Shown here in pieces: positions 16,667 through 25,379 of a stretch of DNA of 32,000 bases. The stretch's first letter is position 1, and every line of letters begins with the position of its first letter. The stretch is from Candidatus Hadarchaeota archaeon (lineage in GTDB: Archaea; Hadarchaeota; Hadarchaeia; Hadarchaeales; Hadarchaeaceae), in contig CAZETV010000001.1 of NCBI GenBank assembly GCA_964514965.1, positions 60,001 through 92,000 on the forward strand. Direction: 5' to 3'. The position numbers and the translations under genes are program-made. Below the pieces are notes generated by a model. The model worked only from the letters and a program-made list of their open reading frames with translations. It was not told the origin of the DNA and did not search any database.

Positions 16667-16813
16667 ATGGCGAAATTTGAAGCTGCTGAGCGGCGCTTAT
16701 TTAACGTGAAGATATGTATGCGGTGCAACGCGCGCAACCCTTGGAAGGCAACCAAGTGCAGGAAGTGCGGCTACAGTGGGCTTAGGTCGAAATCGAGGGA
16801 GCCACGAGGATGA
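16667..16813 (+). CDS. rpl40e: 50S ribosomal protein L40e
   Basis: [48 protein letters not shown] is a 48-aa C4 zinc ribbon with the typical L40e length and pattern. The track ORF (16616) has an unlikely 5' extension overlapping nnrD. Confidence 0.85.
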   Translation: MAKFEAAERRLFNVKICMRCNARNPWKATKCRKCGYSGLRSKSREPRG

Positions 16814-17562
16814 AAGTGGAAGAGCGATTGAAACGAACCATAGCTCGAGAGGGTGCAGCTCACTTAACGCTTATAGACCCAGCAAAACAGGCTCCGAGAG
16901 TCGCCGCGCAAATAGCGTCGGATGCTGCATCTGCAGGAAGTGATGGCATTATGGTTGGTGGCTCTACTCGCGCGGGTGGCAGTCTCCTTGACCGGACTGT
17001 AGCGGAGATAAAAAAAGCCATAAAACTTCCTGTTATCCTTTTTCCCGCAAGTGAAGCAGGGATAAGCCAGCATGCGGATGCAATCTTTTTCATGAGCATG
17101 CTCAACTCCCGTGACCCCTATTTTATCACTGGTGCTCAAAAGTGCGGGGCGCCGCTCATAAAACAATTAAAGTTGGAAACCTTGCCTATGGCCTATTTAT
17201 TGGTCGAACCTGGTCAGGCGGTCGGGAAGGTCGGGAAAGCAGACCTTCTCCCCCGCACCAAACCTGAGCTGGCCGCGGCATACGCGCTTACGGCGCAATA
17301 TCTGGGGATGAGGTTTGTCTACTTAGAGGCTGGTTCAGGGGCGCCTATGCCAGTGCCGGCAAGCATGGTGCGAGCGGTGCGGGAGTCAACGCAAGCGACG
17401 CTCATTGTGGGAGGCGGGATAAAAACACCGAGAGCGGCTGCCGAGCGCGTGAAAGCTGGTGCGGATATTATTGTAACTGGGACCATCGTTGAGCGCGCAA
17501 AAGATAGGGTAAAAAAAATTCGTGAAATAGTGAAAGCAATTAAACTAGGCCGCGGTGCTTAG
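16810..17562 (+). CDS. Geranylgeranylglyceryl phosphate synthase (PcrB/GGGPS family)
   Basis: It has TLIDP, VGGS, the YLEAGSGA phosphate-binding motif and a GGGI motif near the C-terminus. It is 250 aa and overlaps rpl40e at an ATGA. Confidence 0.85.
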   Translation: MKVEERLKRTIAREGAAHLTLIDPAKQAPRVAAQIASDAASAGSDGIMVGGSTRAGGSLLDRTVAEIKKAIKLPVILFPASEAGISQHADAIFFMSMLNSRDPYFITGAQKCGAPLIKQLKLETLPMAYLLVEPGQAVGKVGKADLLPRTKPELAAAYALTAQYLGMRFVYLEAGSGAPMPVPASMVRAVRESTQATLIVGGGIKTPRAAAERVKAGADIIVTGTIVERAKDRVKKIREIVKAIKLGRGA

Positions 17563-17758
17563 CGCAGGAAATGCAAGCGTAACCTTTGAAGCTTGGAGTA
17601 AAAACGCGCCTCCGATCGATACCGGGAATCTTGGGGTCAACCCTGAAGCCTTTCCTCACTGATACGGCTTTTATTCTAGGCACCATTCGCCCGCAATATA
17701 CACAGGGGACTGGCTGACTTCGCCCTCCCGCACGATAGCGACCCCATTTTTTACCCAT
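17540..17758 (-). CDS. rps26e: 30S ribosomal protein S26e
   Basis: It is 72 aa with a basic N-terminus, VPCVYCGRMVPRIKAV (the S26e C-x2-CGR-x-VP-x-DKA pattern) and a second CISC pair. Confidence 0.78.
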   Translation of the reverse strand: MGKKWGRYRAGGRSQPVPCVYCGRMVPRIKAVSVRKGFRVDPKIPGIDRRRVFTPSFKGYACISCAKHRGLV

Positions 17759-17974
17759 TTTCTCAACTGCACATTATTCGGAATTGTAGGCTATAACTAT
17801 TTTGGGTGATTAAAAGTTCGCATTGACTGTTCCATCTTCCCTCGACTTTGCCTTTTCGGGGTCGCGGATCGCCCGATTAATGGAATTTATTCAGGATTTC
17901 CCGATTCTTACGAACTTTTACGAAAGTGTTAAATCATATTAAAAAAATCCTTATAGAGTCGGAGTGAAATCTCC

Positions 17975-18517
17975 ATGAATGGCATGATAGAGATAAGATT
18001 TCACGGTCGCGGTGGGCAAGGAGCAGTGACCGCGGCTAGGTTGCTTGCCGAGGCGGCTTTTGCGGAAGGTAAACATAGCCAAGCTCTCCCATTTTTTGGG
18101 GCTGAAAGAAGAGGGGCGCCCGTGCTCGCGTTCACGCGAATAGATAGCAGGCCAATCCGCATCCGCACGCAAATTTACGAACCTGACTATGTGGTGGTGC
18201 TAGACCCTTCACTGCTGGAAGTTGTGAACGTCGCTTCTGGCATAAAGCAAGGTGGACTAATAGTGCTCAACTCTAAAAAAAATGCACAATTTCCCAATGC
18301 TAAAAGCGCTTTCGTTGATGCTACTTCGATAGCGAAGGAGATGCTAGGGGTGCCGATAACAAACACAGCCATGCTGGGCGCTTTTACGAAGGCGACGAAG
18401 CTCTTGTCGTTGGATTCGCTCATAAATGTGATCAAAGGACGCTTTTCAAGTAAACTTGCAGAAAAAAACATCGCTGCGATAAAAGCAGCGTATGAACAAA
18501 CAAAGGTGATGACATGA
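17975..18517 (+). CDS. porC: 2-oxoacid (pyruvate/ketoisovalerate-type):ferredoxin oxidoreductase gamma subunit
   Basis: [23 protein letters not shown]...FGAERRGAP is the gamma-subunit signature. It is the first gene of a gamma-delta-alpha-beta operon with 4-nt overlaps. Confidence 0.88.
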
Positions 18518-18774
18518 AATTACCCCCTAGCACGATTATCCTTAAACCGGGGAATAGTGAGCAAAATGAAACTGGCAGTTGGCGGAGCCTCAAACCAGTG
18601 GTCGATGCTGAAAAATGCAATGGATGCGGGCTGTGCTGGCTTTATTGCCCTGAGCCAGCAATTACCAAGGGCAAACCTGTTGTTATTGATTACCGATATT
18701 GTAAGGGCTGTGGTATCTGTGCCAATGAATGTCCAGTCAAAGCGATAGTGATGGTTGAGGAGGGACAAAAATGA
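18514..18774 (+). CDS. porD: 2-oxoacid:ferredoxin oxidoreductase delta subunit (2x[4Fe-4S] ferredoxin-like)
   Basis: It carries two CxxCxxCxxxCP motifs ([12 protein letters not shown] and [12 protein letters not shown]) in 86 aa. Confidence 0.88.
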   Translation: MKLPPSTIILKPGNSEQNETGSWRSLKPVVDAEKCNGCGLCWLYCPEPAITKGKPVVIDYRYCKGCGICANECPVKAIVMVEEGQK

Positions 18775-19955
18775 GGCAACTGGTTACTGGTGACGACGCC
18801 GCTGCTATCGCCGCAAAGCTTGCACGCGTCAAGGTCATCTCAGCTTACCCAATAACCCCGCAGACGATAATCGTAGAGCGACTTGCCGAATTCGTGGCTA
18901 ATGGTGAGCTGGATGCAGAATACATTAAAGTGGAGTCAGAACACAGTGCACTAAGTGCCTGCTTAGGTTCTGCAGCTGTAGGGGCAAGGACATTCACTGC
19001 GACTTCCTCTCAGGGACTAATGCTCATGAGCGAGATATTGTTCGTCGCTTCTGGCATGCGGTTGCCCATTGTCATGGCGAACGCAAATCGCTCGCTCTCT
19101 GCGCCGCTCAGCATTTGGTGCGACCAACAAGACTCAGTAGCTGTGCGCGATTGCGGTTGGATACAACTTTATTGCGAGAATAACCAAGAGATTTTCGACT
19201 CAACTCTTCAAGCATTCCGCATCGCTGAAGAGTCCTTGCTTCCAGTGATGGTCTGTTTTGATGGATATATTCTTTCACACACGGCCGAGCCCGTGGAGAT
19301 TCCTGAGCAAGCTGAAGTCGATAAATTCTTGCCGCCCCACAAGTATCCTTATCCCCTCGATCCCGAGAAGCCCAGCACGATGGGTGCGGTCGGAGTACCG
19401 GACTATTATGAGGAATTTAGGTATCTGTTGCAAGAAGCCGTACTCAAATCGAAGGAAAAAATAATTGAAGTTGGACAAGCATTCGGCAAGCAATTTGGAA
19501 GGAAAAGTAGCCTCATCGAGTGTTACCGAAGTGATGATGCAGATATGATTTTGTTAACAATGGGCTCGTTGAGCGGCAGCGTTAAAGAGGTGATTGATGA
19601 GTATCGCGCTCACGGTGAACGAGTTGGGCTCGTGAAGGTGCGAGCATTCAGACCCTTTCCAGAAAAAGAGTTAATGGACTCGCTTGGTCACGCCAAGGCC
19701 GTAGCTGTACTCGAAAAAGATTTCTCGCCCGGTTCCACTGGGGCACTTTTTTCGAACCTTTCTGGGGCGTTTGTAAATTATAAAGATGCTCCGCTCTTGT
19801 TGAATTTCATTTGTGGTCTTGGTGGACGTGATGTTTCATCGCTTCAAATTAGGGAAGCGACCAAAGCAGCGATGGAAGCAGTGAAAACCGGTGAGGTCAA
19901 AAAAACTGTTCACTGGTTAGGATTGAGAGAAACTATGGTGGGGTTAAAACCATGA
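18771..19955 (+). CDS. porA: 2-oxoacid:ferredoxin oxidoreductase alpha subunit
   Basis: It has the N-terminal [30 protein letters not shown] and ATSSQGL motifs. It is 394 aa. Confidence 0.9.
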   Translation: MRQLVTGDDAAAIAAKLARVKVISAYPITPQTIIVERLAEFVANGELDAEYIKVESEHSALSACLGSAAVGARTFTATSSQGLMLMSEILFVASGMRLPIVMANANRSLSAPLSIWCDQQDSVAVRDCGWIQLYCENNQEIFDSTLQAFRIAEESLLPVMVCFDGYILSHTAEPVEIPEQAEVDKFLPPHKYPYPLDPEKPSTMGAVGVPDYYEEFRYLLQEAVLKSKEKIIEVGQAFGKQFGRKSSLIECYRSDDADMILLTMGSLSGSVKEVIDEYRAHGERVGLVKVRAFRPFPEKELMDSLGHAKAVAVLEKDFSPGSTGALFSNLSGAFVNYKDAPLLLNFICGLGGRDVSSLQIREATKAAMEAVKTGEVKKTVHWLGLRETMVGLKP

Positions 19956-20824
19956 GCCCCGTGCCCGAAGAAGAATTGCTCGCGCCGGGACATCGCGCAT
20001 GCCCAGGGTGCGGTAGCATCCTTGCGATACGGTACGCGCTAAAAGCTCTTGGTAAAAACACCATTGTTTGTGCTCCAACTGGTTGCATGGAGGTCGTGAC
20101 CACGCCATACCCAGAAACCGCTTGGCGAGTGCCTTGGATACATGTGGCTTTTGAGAATGCCGCCGCAGTTGCTTCTGGAGTTGAGGCTGGTCTGAAAAGT
20201 TTGGGTAAACGTGGCGTCAAGGTCGTTGCAATAGGTGGTGATGGAGGCACTGTAGATATCGGGCTTCAAGCTCTTTCTGGAATGGTCGAGCGCAACCACA
20301 ATGTGCTTTACATTTGCACTGACAACGAGGCTTACATGAACACTGGGATTCAGCGAAGTGGAGCGACACCCTACAGCGCATGGACAACTACAACACCTAT
20401 AGGCAAGGTGAAGCGAGGTGAGGACCTCCCGAAAAAAGACATGCCGGCAATAATCGCGGCTCACCGTGCTCCTTACGTTGCGACCGCTTCAGTTGGCTAC
20501 CCTCTCGATTTCATTAAAAAAGTGGAGAAGGCAGCCTCGATCGAAGGACCAACATACATCCATGTGCATTGCCCGTGCGGTCCTGGATGGAGAATCGATT
20601 CCGGCAATACTATTGGAGTCGCCAAGCTTGCAGTGTTGACAGGAATGTGGAATCTCTATGAGATCGATAATGGCGTGTTTAAGCTCACTTTTAAGCCGCC
20701 TAAGCGAAAGCCGGTGGCAGATTACTTGAAAGTGCAGGGGAGATTTAAGCATCTAACTGAAGATGAAATCGCGGAGATTCAGCGGGCGGTAGATGAACAG
20801 TGGAAGCGCTTCGGCATCAGTTAG
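19952..20824 (+). CDS. porB: 2-oxoacid:ferredoxin oxidoreductase beta subunit (TPP and [4Fe-4S] binding)
   Basis: It has ACPGCG, the TPP motif GGDGGTxDIG...NNEAYMNTG and a C-terminal QGRFKHL block. Confidence 0.9.
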   Translation: MSPVPEEELLAPGHRACPGCGSILAIRYALKALGKNTIVCAPTGCMEVVTTPYPETAWRVPWIHVAFENAAAVASGVEAGLKSLGKRGVKVVAIGGDGGTVDIGLQALSGMVERNHNVLYICTDNEAYMNTGIQRSGATPYSAWTTTTPIGKVKRGEDLPKKDMPAIIAAHRAPYVATASVGYPLDFIKKVEKAASIEGPTYIHVHCPCGPGWRIDSGNTIGVAKLAVLTGMWNLYEIDNGVFKLTFKPPKRKPVADYLKVQGRFKHLTEDEIAEIQRAVDEQWKRFGIS

Positions 20825-20860
20825 ATGAATTTTTAAAACTGAAGCCTGACCTGTTTTAAA

Positions 20861-23182
20861 TTGGGTGGGGATTTGCGCGCTCGTGCTGAAATAGCGGTCA
20901 CTGGAATAGTGCAGGGAGTAGGATTTAGACCGTTCATCTATCGACTTGCCACTCATCATGGGCTCACTGGCTTCGTCCGGAACATGGGCGACGCGGGAGT
21001 GCAGGCGGTCGTCGAGGGTGATAAAAGGGCAATTGAAAAATTTGTCAGCTTGTTGTGTCCCGAGCAACCACCGCTCGCGAGAATAGATAATGTTCGGGTT
21101 GTGTGGAAGAATCCAACCAACGAATTCGCTATTTTTAGGGTAGTACCGAGTGAAAAGAGCGGCTTGGGACTTCCTTCGGTAGTGCCACCTGATCTCGCGC
21201 TCTGCGACGATTGCTTACACGAGATGCTCGACCCAAACGACCGACGTCATAATTATCCATTCATTACTTGCGTCAACTGTGGCCCTCGCTTCACTATCAT
21301 CGAGAAGCTCCCCTACGACCGACCTCGAACTTCAATGAAGACTTTTCCGCTCTGCGACGATTGTCTCCGCGAATATCAGAATCCCCCTGACCGACGATAT
21401 CACGCAGAACCGACATGTTGCTCCGTCTGCGGTCCTCAAATGAAACTCCACGATGCAGAGGGGAATCCCATTGATGTGCATGAACCGCTGCGTGAGGTAG
21501 CGCGTCTGCTTGATGGTGGTAGTATGGTCGCCATCAAGGGGATAGGAGGAATTCACATAGCATCGAAAACAACCGAGGATGAAGCACTTGCACGCATGCG
21601 GAGGGCATTCAACCGCTTTCAGCAGCCATTTGCGGTAATGTCTAGAGATATTAAGACAATCCAGACTTTTGCGGAAGTCAGTAAAGCCGAACTTGAGTTG
21701 CTGAAATCCTTTCGACGGCCGATAGTTGTGCTTCAACGCTCTAGCGATTATATGCTTTCAGAGCTCGTGGCACCCGGTTTGGATTCAGTTGGCGTGATGC
21801 TGCCTTACTCGGGGATTTATCATCTCATTCTGAATTACGGCAAGGATCCGGCCTACGTTATGACGAGCGCAAATATCGCTGGGTTACCGATGATAATAGA
21901 TGATACTGAAGCTTTCAGAAAGCTGCGAGGAGTGGTCGATTACTTTCTATTTCATGATAGGCTAATCGTCAACCGATGTGATGACTCTGTGATTAAGGAG
22001 GTCGATGGAAAGCCAGCATTTTTGAGGCGTTCGCGAGGTTTCGTGCCGGAACCCGTGAAGCTTAATTTTGTGAGTGATAAAAAAGTGCTCGCATTGGGTG
22101 CTGAACTCAATGTGACTTGCTCGGTTCTGACTGGCGACCGGTGCTTCCCCAGTCAACATATAGGCGACACTACAAAAGTGGAAACTTTCAAATACATGCA
22201 ATCAGCTGCTGAGCGACTTATGTGCTTGTTAAACTTGGACTCAGTTGACATAGTTGTTCACGATTTACACCCCAACTATGCAACGACAATGATTGCACCG
22301 CGGATGGCAAAGAAGCTCGGAGCAAGAACCCTCTCTGCGCAACATCATCACGCTCACCTTGTTGCCCTGATGGCAGAACATAGTCTCAGCGAGTTCGTCG
22401 GCATCGCCATAGATGGTGTTGGGTATGGTTCAGATGGCACGATATGGGGTGGAGAAGTCATGTTGGCCGATTTGAACTCGTTTAAACGTGTGGGCGGGCT
22501 AATGAGCCAGCGCATGCCTGGAGGTGACTTGGCGGCGATATTTCCAGCGCGCATGGTTGCAGGCATCCTCTGGCAGCACATCGAGCGTGAGGAGCTTGAG
22601 CGGGTTCTGGACGAGTTCTGCGCGAGTAGCTTCAGACGCGGAAAGCGAGAGAGAGAGATAGTTCTTCGCCAACTCGAGCGCGATTTGAACGTGTTTCGAA
22701 CGAGTAGTTGCGGTAGAGTACTCGATGCCATCGCCTGCCTGCTCGGGATTTGCAACGAACGAACCTACGAGGGCGAGCCGGCAATCAAGCTTGAGGCGGT
22801 AGCAAACAGGGGGGACGCAGGAAAAGTGAGACTAGAACCAGTAATCGAAAAGATCGGCGGGATGGTGGTCGTTAACACATCTAGGTTGCTTATGGATGTA
22901 CTCGATGCCCTCCGAGCACGAGTTTCCCGCGAACACATCGCGGCTGCGGCTCAACAAGCTATCGCTCGGGGATTGGCGTCAATCGCTATCGATACAGCTT
23001 CATCTAACGGAATTGGAGTTGTCGGAGGGTCAGGTGGGGTGTTCTACAACAAATCTATCACTACAGCAGTGCACAGAGAAGTCGAGAAAGCTGGATTGAG
23101 GTTTGTCCAACACGAGTTTCTACCCCCGGGTGATGGTGGCATCTCCGTCGGGCAGGCAATCATCGCAGTAAAACGGTCATAA
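20861..23182 (+). CDS. hypF: [NiFe]-hydrogenase maturation carbamoyltransferase HypF
   Basis: It has an acylphosphatase-like N-terminus (GIVQGVGFRPFIYRLA) and two zinc-finger pairs (CDDCLHE...CVNCGPRF and CDDCLRE...CSVCGPQ). It also has YrdC-like and Kae1-like C-terminal domains and is 773 aa. The start is TTG at 20861 or TTG at 20873. Confidence 0.92.
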   Translation: MGGDLRARAEIAVTGIVQGVGFRPFIYRLATHHGLTGFVRNMGDAGVQAVVEGDKRAIEKFVSLLCPEQPPLARIDNVRVVWKNPTNEFAIFRVVPSEKSGLGLPSVVPPDLALCDDCLHEMLDPNDRRHNYPFITCVNCGPRFTIIEKLPYDRPRTSMKTFPLCDDCLREYQNPPDRRYHAEPTCCSVCGPQMKLHDAEGNPIDVHEPLREVARLLDGGSMVAIKGIGGIHIASKTTEDEALARMRRAFNRFQQPFAVMSRDIKTIQTFAEVSKAELELLKSFRRPIVVLQRSSDYMLSELVAPGLDSVGVMLPYSGIYHLILNYGKDPAYVMTSANIAGLPMIIDDTEAFRKLRGVVDYFLFHDRLIVNRCDDSVIKEVDGKPAFLRRSRGFVPEPVKLNFVSDKKVLALGAELNVTCSVLTGDRCFPSQHIGDTTKVETFKYMQSAAERLMCLLNLDSVDIVVHDLHPNYATTMIAPRMAKKLGARTLSAQHHHAHLVALMAEHSLSEFVGIAIDGVGYGSDGTIWGGEVMLADLNSFKRVGGLMSQRMPGGDLAAIFPARMVAGILWQHIEREELERVLDEFCASSFRRGKREREIVLRQLERDLNVFRTSSCGRVLDAIACLLGICNERTYEGEPAIKLEAVANRGDAGKVRLEPVIEKIGGMVVVNTSRLLMDVLDALRARVSREHIAAAAQQAIARGLASIAIDTASSNGIGVVGGSGGVFYNKSITTAVHREVEKAGLRFVQHEFLPPGDGGISVGQAIIAVKRS

Positions 23183-23185
23183 AAA

Positions 23186-23785
23186 TTATACACCCATGGC
23201 CCAGAGGAGCACTAAAATTGAGTTGTAAGCGTTGTGGGTTATAATCGCTCCAGCCAGTCCGCTTACCAGATAGCAGATTCCTAGCAGAAGTCCAGCCCCA
23301 AGCAAAGGTATCACAAACGCAGGGTAAGTACCGGGATTTGAGAGGTGGAATGTAGCGAAGATGATGGTTGAGACCAGCACCCCCATCCATTTCGAGCGAG
23401 TCCGCCGTGCCACTTCCTCAAGTAAAATACCCCTGAATATCCACTCCTCAAAGATAGGCAGCAAGTTGACCATCATGAGCAACAACAACGGATATTGCTC
23501 TTGGAGCGCAGTGAAGGGATACTCCTCCGTCGAGTACATCTCCACCCCCGCTCCATGAAGGATATTTCCTACTATAATCGTCATGGCGAGTGCCGCAGCG
23601 GTAAATGCAAGTGAAATTAAGATAAGTTTAATTGACTCCCGCATTCGCATTTGACGCGCTATAGGTAACCAATGGTTTGGCCGTATTCGCTCGAGGTAAG
23701 AGGGTCTCAACGCAACGAGCTTACCGACTACGAGGCCAAGCGCGATGCCGGATAGGAGAATTCTAGCGAGGTCGAGCCAGAGCAA
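23186..23785 (-). CDS. CPBP-family intramembrane glutamic endopeptidase (CAAX-protease-like)
   Basis: It has the EEWIFRG motif, a FATFH motif and a downstream HNAYN motif in a multi-TM protein. The start is TTG. Confidence 0.8.
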   Translation of the reverse strand: MLWLDLARILLSGIALGLVVGKLVALRPSYLERIRPNHWLPIARQMRMRESIKLILISLAFTAAALAMTIIVGNILHGAGVEMYSTEEYPFTALQEQYPLLLLMMVNLLPIFEEWIFRGILLEEVARRTRSKWMGVLVSTIIFATFHLSNPGTYPAFVIPLLGAGLLLGICYLVSGLAGAIITHNAYNSILVLLWAMGV

Positions 23786-23790
23786 CTAAA

Positions 23791-24027
23791 TCACGGAACA
23801 TATTTTTTAGAGAGTTTTTCGTAGCGCCGATTTAAGGATGTACTTACCTTTATCGTCCATGTGGGCTTGTTTTCTCGCTGTCGGCGCTCGACTTTTCCTT
23901 CCTCAGCCAGTCTAAAGAGATCGACCCGTAGTTGGGTGATGTCGATCCCAGTTTTCTGAGAAAGCTCTTCGATGGTGAGCGCGACTCCGGCCTCTCTTAA
24001 CGCCTTGAGAATTTCATCCTTTCGCAA
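23791..24027 (-). CDS. Small winged-helix DNA-binding protein (78 aa)
   Basis: It reads (M)RKDEILKALREAGVALTIEELSQKTGIDITQLRVDLFRLAEEGKVERR..., a helix-turn-helix plus wing pattern. I place the start at TTG 24027, which is 5 nt after GGTGA and 4 nt after the upstream stop. The longer track ORF (to 24141) overlaps the upstream gene out of frame. Confidence 0.6.
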   Translation of the reverse strand: MRKDEILKALREAGVALTIEELSQKTGIDITQLRVDLFRLAEEGKVERRQRENKPTWTIKVSTSLNRRYEKLSKKYVP

Positions 24028-24031
24028 GTTT

Positions 24032-24358
24032 TCACCTCTTCTCCAACTTTTCGAGTACTTCAAGAATAGGTTTAATACGGTCGAGCAGCTCCAAGGTCTT
24101 GGCGTGGTCAGTTTCCTTTTCGAGCTGAGCAGCAAGCGCATTTAGTTTAGTACGTAGGACATCTCCAACTTTCTCGGTGAGGGCAGCTTTGGGCTTAGCT
24201 TCAGCTTTCGCGGCTTCGGTTCTCCCGCCACAAACAGGGCAGACGACTTTCCCCTTAAACTCGAATAGAGGCCCCTTGCAGGTGCCGCAGTGCATCGAAA
24301 GCATCTTCCCCCCGCCGAGGAGCATTTCCGTCATCTTAGCTATTCTTTCGTCTTGCAT
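24032..24358 (-). CDS. UPF0148 / autoantigen-p27-like zinc-ribbon protein with a coiled-coil tail
   Basis: It has a CGTCKGPLFEFKGKVVCPVCG zinc ribbon after an MLLGGGKML lead-in and a helical C-terminus, the typical architecture of archaeal COG1645 proteins. Confidence 0.7.
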   Translation of the reverse strand: MQDERIAKMTEMLLGGGKMLSMHCGTCKGPLFEFKGKVVCPVCGGRTEAAKAEAKPKAALTEKVGDVLRTKLNALAAQLEKETDHAKTLELLDRIKPILEVLEKLEKR

Positions 24359-24399
24359 CTGACCCCAAACTCTTTATGAGGCCCCTTCCTTAAAATTAA

Positions 24400-24687
24400 G
24401 TGGATTGGATATGCGGACGGGTGATAACCGTGTCCTCGGATGTCAAACTAAGGCAAGTAGCGGAAATAATGGCGCGTGTGGCAGAGGATACTTCAGTTCC
24501 CCGCAATATTCGAAGAGCTGCTAACGAAGCTAAGAATGCCCTATTGAAACAGGAGGGCGATTCAGTTCTCAAGGCTTCTTCTGCGACAATGATACTTGAC
24601 GAAATAAGTAATGACCCCAATATGCCCATCCACACTCGAACGACGATATGGAGTGCCCTCAGCGTCTTGGAAACAATCCGCGAGTGA
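24400..24687 (+). CDS. UPF0147 family protein (conserved archaeal, COG1698-like)
   Basis: AEDTSVPRNIRRAANEAKNAL...ILDEISNDPNMPIHTRTTIW matches the family signature. The real start is probably GTG 24430, which has GGGTGA 6 nt upstream. Confidence 0.75.
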   Translation: MDWICGRVITVSSDVKLRQVAEIMARVAEDTSVPRNIRRAANEAKNALLKQEGDSVLKASSATMILDEISNDPNMPIHTRTTIWSALSVLETIRE

Positions 24688-24860
24688 GGTAAATCATTCT
24701 TGCGATACTCTCGACTGCCTCTGCCACGAGAAATGCTTTGTGTGGTGTATGCTTAATGGTTATTAACTCGCGTTTTTTCCACGATGAACTTTTGGGCTGT
24801 GTTGGAAACCGTTATAGCCTCTGGGGTTTCTTAACTTTTGGTTAAAATTTAGGTGATTGT

Positions 24861-25214
24861 ATGGGATTAGATTTGAAAACTTTCGTCCAGATTCTCAAGA
24901 AAAAAGACACAAAAAATGCCAAGGAATGGCTTGAGCAAATCAGAAGCAGAGTTGATTTCAACGATGAGTTCGGGCAAGGTTATCTGCTGGCGCTGCGGGG
25001 TATGGTTGCGGCTCTTGAAGCCGGAGGAGAGCTGTCAGTGATTAACCGCGTGGTGAATGGAGAATACAAACAGGAACAAGTTTCAGAACTTGTCAAAAGT
25101 GTGCAGGAGAGGCTCGCATCGAAGTTTAGGCCCAAGGATGAAACGGGATTCTACACTGCGTTGGTTGAGGTGCTTCAGGAATTCTCTGGAGAAATGTCTG
25201 ACGTGCCTGCTTAG
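24861..25214 (+). CDS. Hypothetical soluble helical protein (117 aa)
   Basis: It has a clean ORF with AGGTGA 5 nt upstream of the ATG. I recognise no family. Confidence 0.55.
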   Translation: MGLDLKTFVQILKKKDTKNAKEWLEQIRSRVDFNDEFGQGYLLALRGMVAALEAGGELSVINRVVNGEYKQEQVSELVKSVQERLASKFRPKDETGFYTALVEVLQEFSGEMSDVPA

Positions 25215-25274
25215 TTTCTTTAAAGTATTGTAAGGATGTTTAGGATTCCGTGCATTGTGTCAGCTTTCTCGCAC

Positions 25275-25295
25275 CCTATAACAATTAATTATAGG
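25275..25295. promoter_or_regulatory. Perfect 7-bp inverted repeat CCTATAA-N7-TTATAGG upstream of trkH
   Basis: I read it directly from the sequence. It is centred on AATT, about 90 nt upstream of the trkH ATG. It is a possible operator or simply TATA-like sequence. Confidence 0.3.
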
Positions 25296-25379
25296 TTTTA
25301 AGTTCAAACCTGCAGTTGTTTTTAGCCTAGCAAATCCTTTATACACTTTCGGCGAGGGTATACGGTTGGAGGTTGCGTC

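Noticed and set aside
24028-24141. The N-terminal 38 codons of the track ORF 23791-24141.
   Set aside because: This part overlaps the UPF0148 gene out of frame and its sequence (MRLLLSSKRKLTTPRPWSCST...) looks non-protein-like. A TTG with a good SD right after the upstream stop gives a compact wHTH protein.
24772-24830. A possible C/D-box sRNA in the UPF0147-downstream spacer (CGATGA at about 24775), and likewise TTGATGA at 7620.
   Set aside because: The C-box is imperfect, and no CTGA D-box or terminal stem is found at the expected 50-60 nt spacing on either strand.
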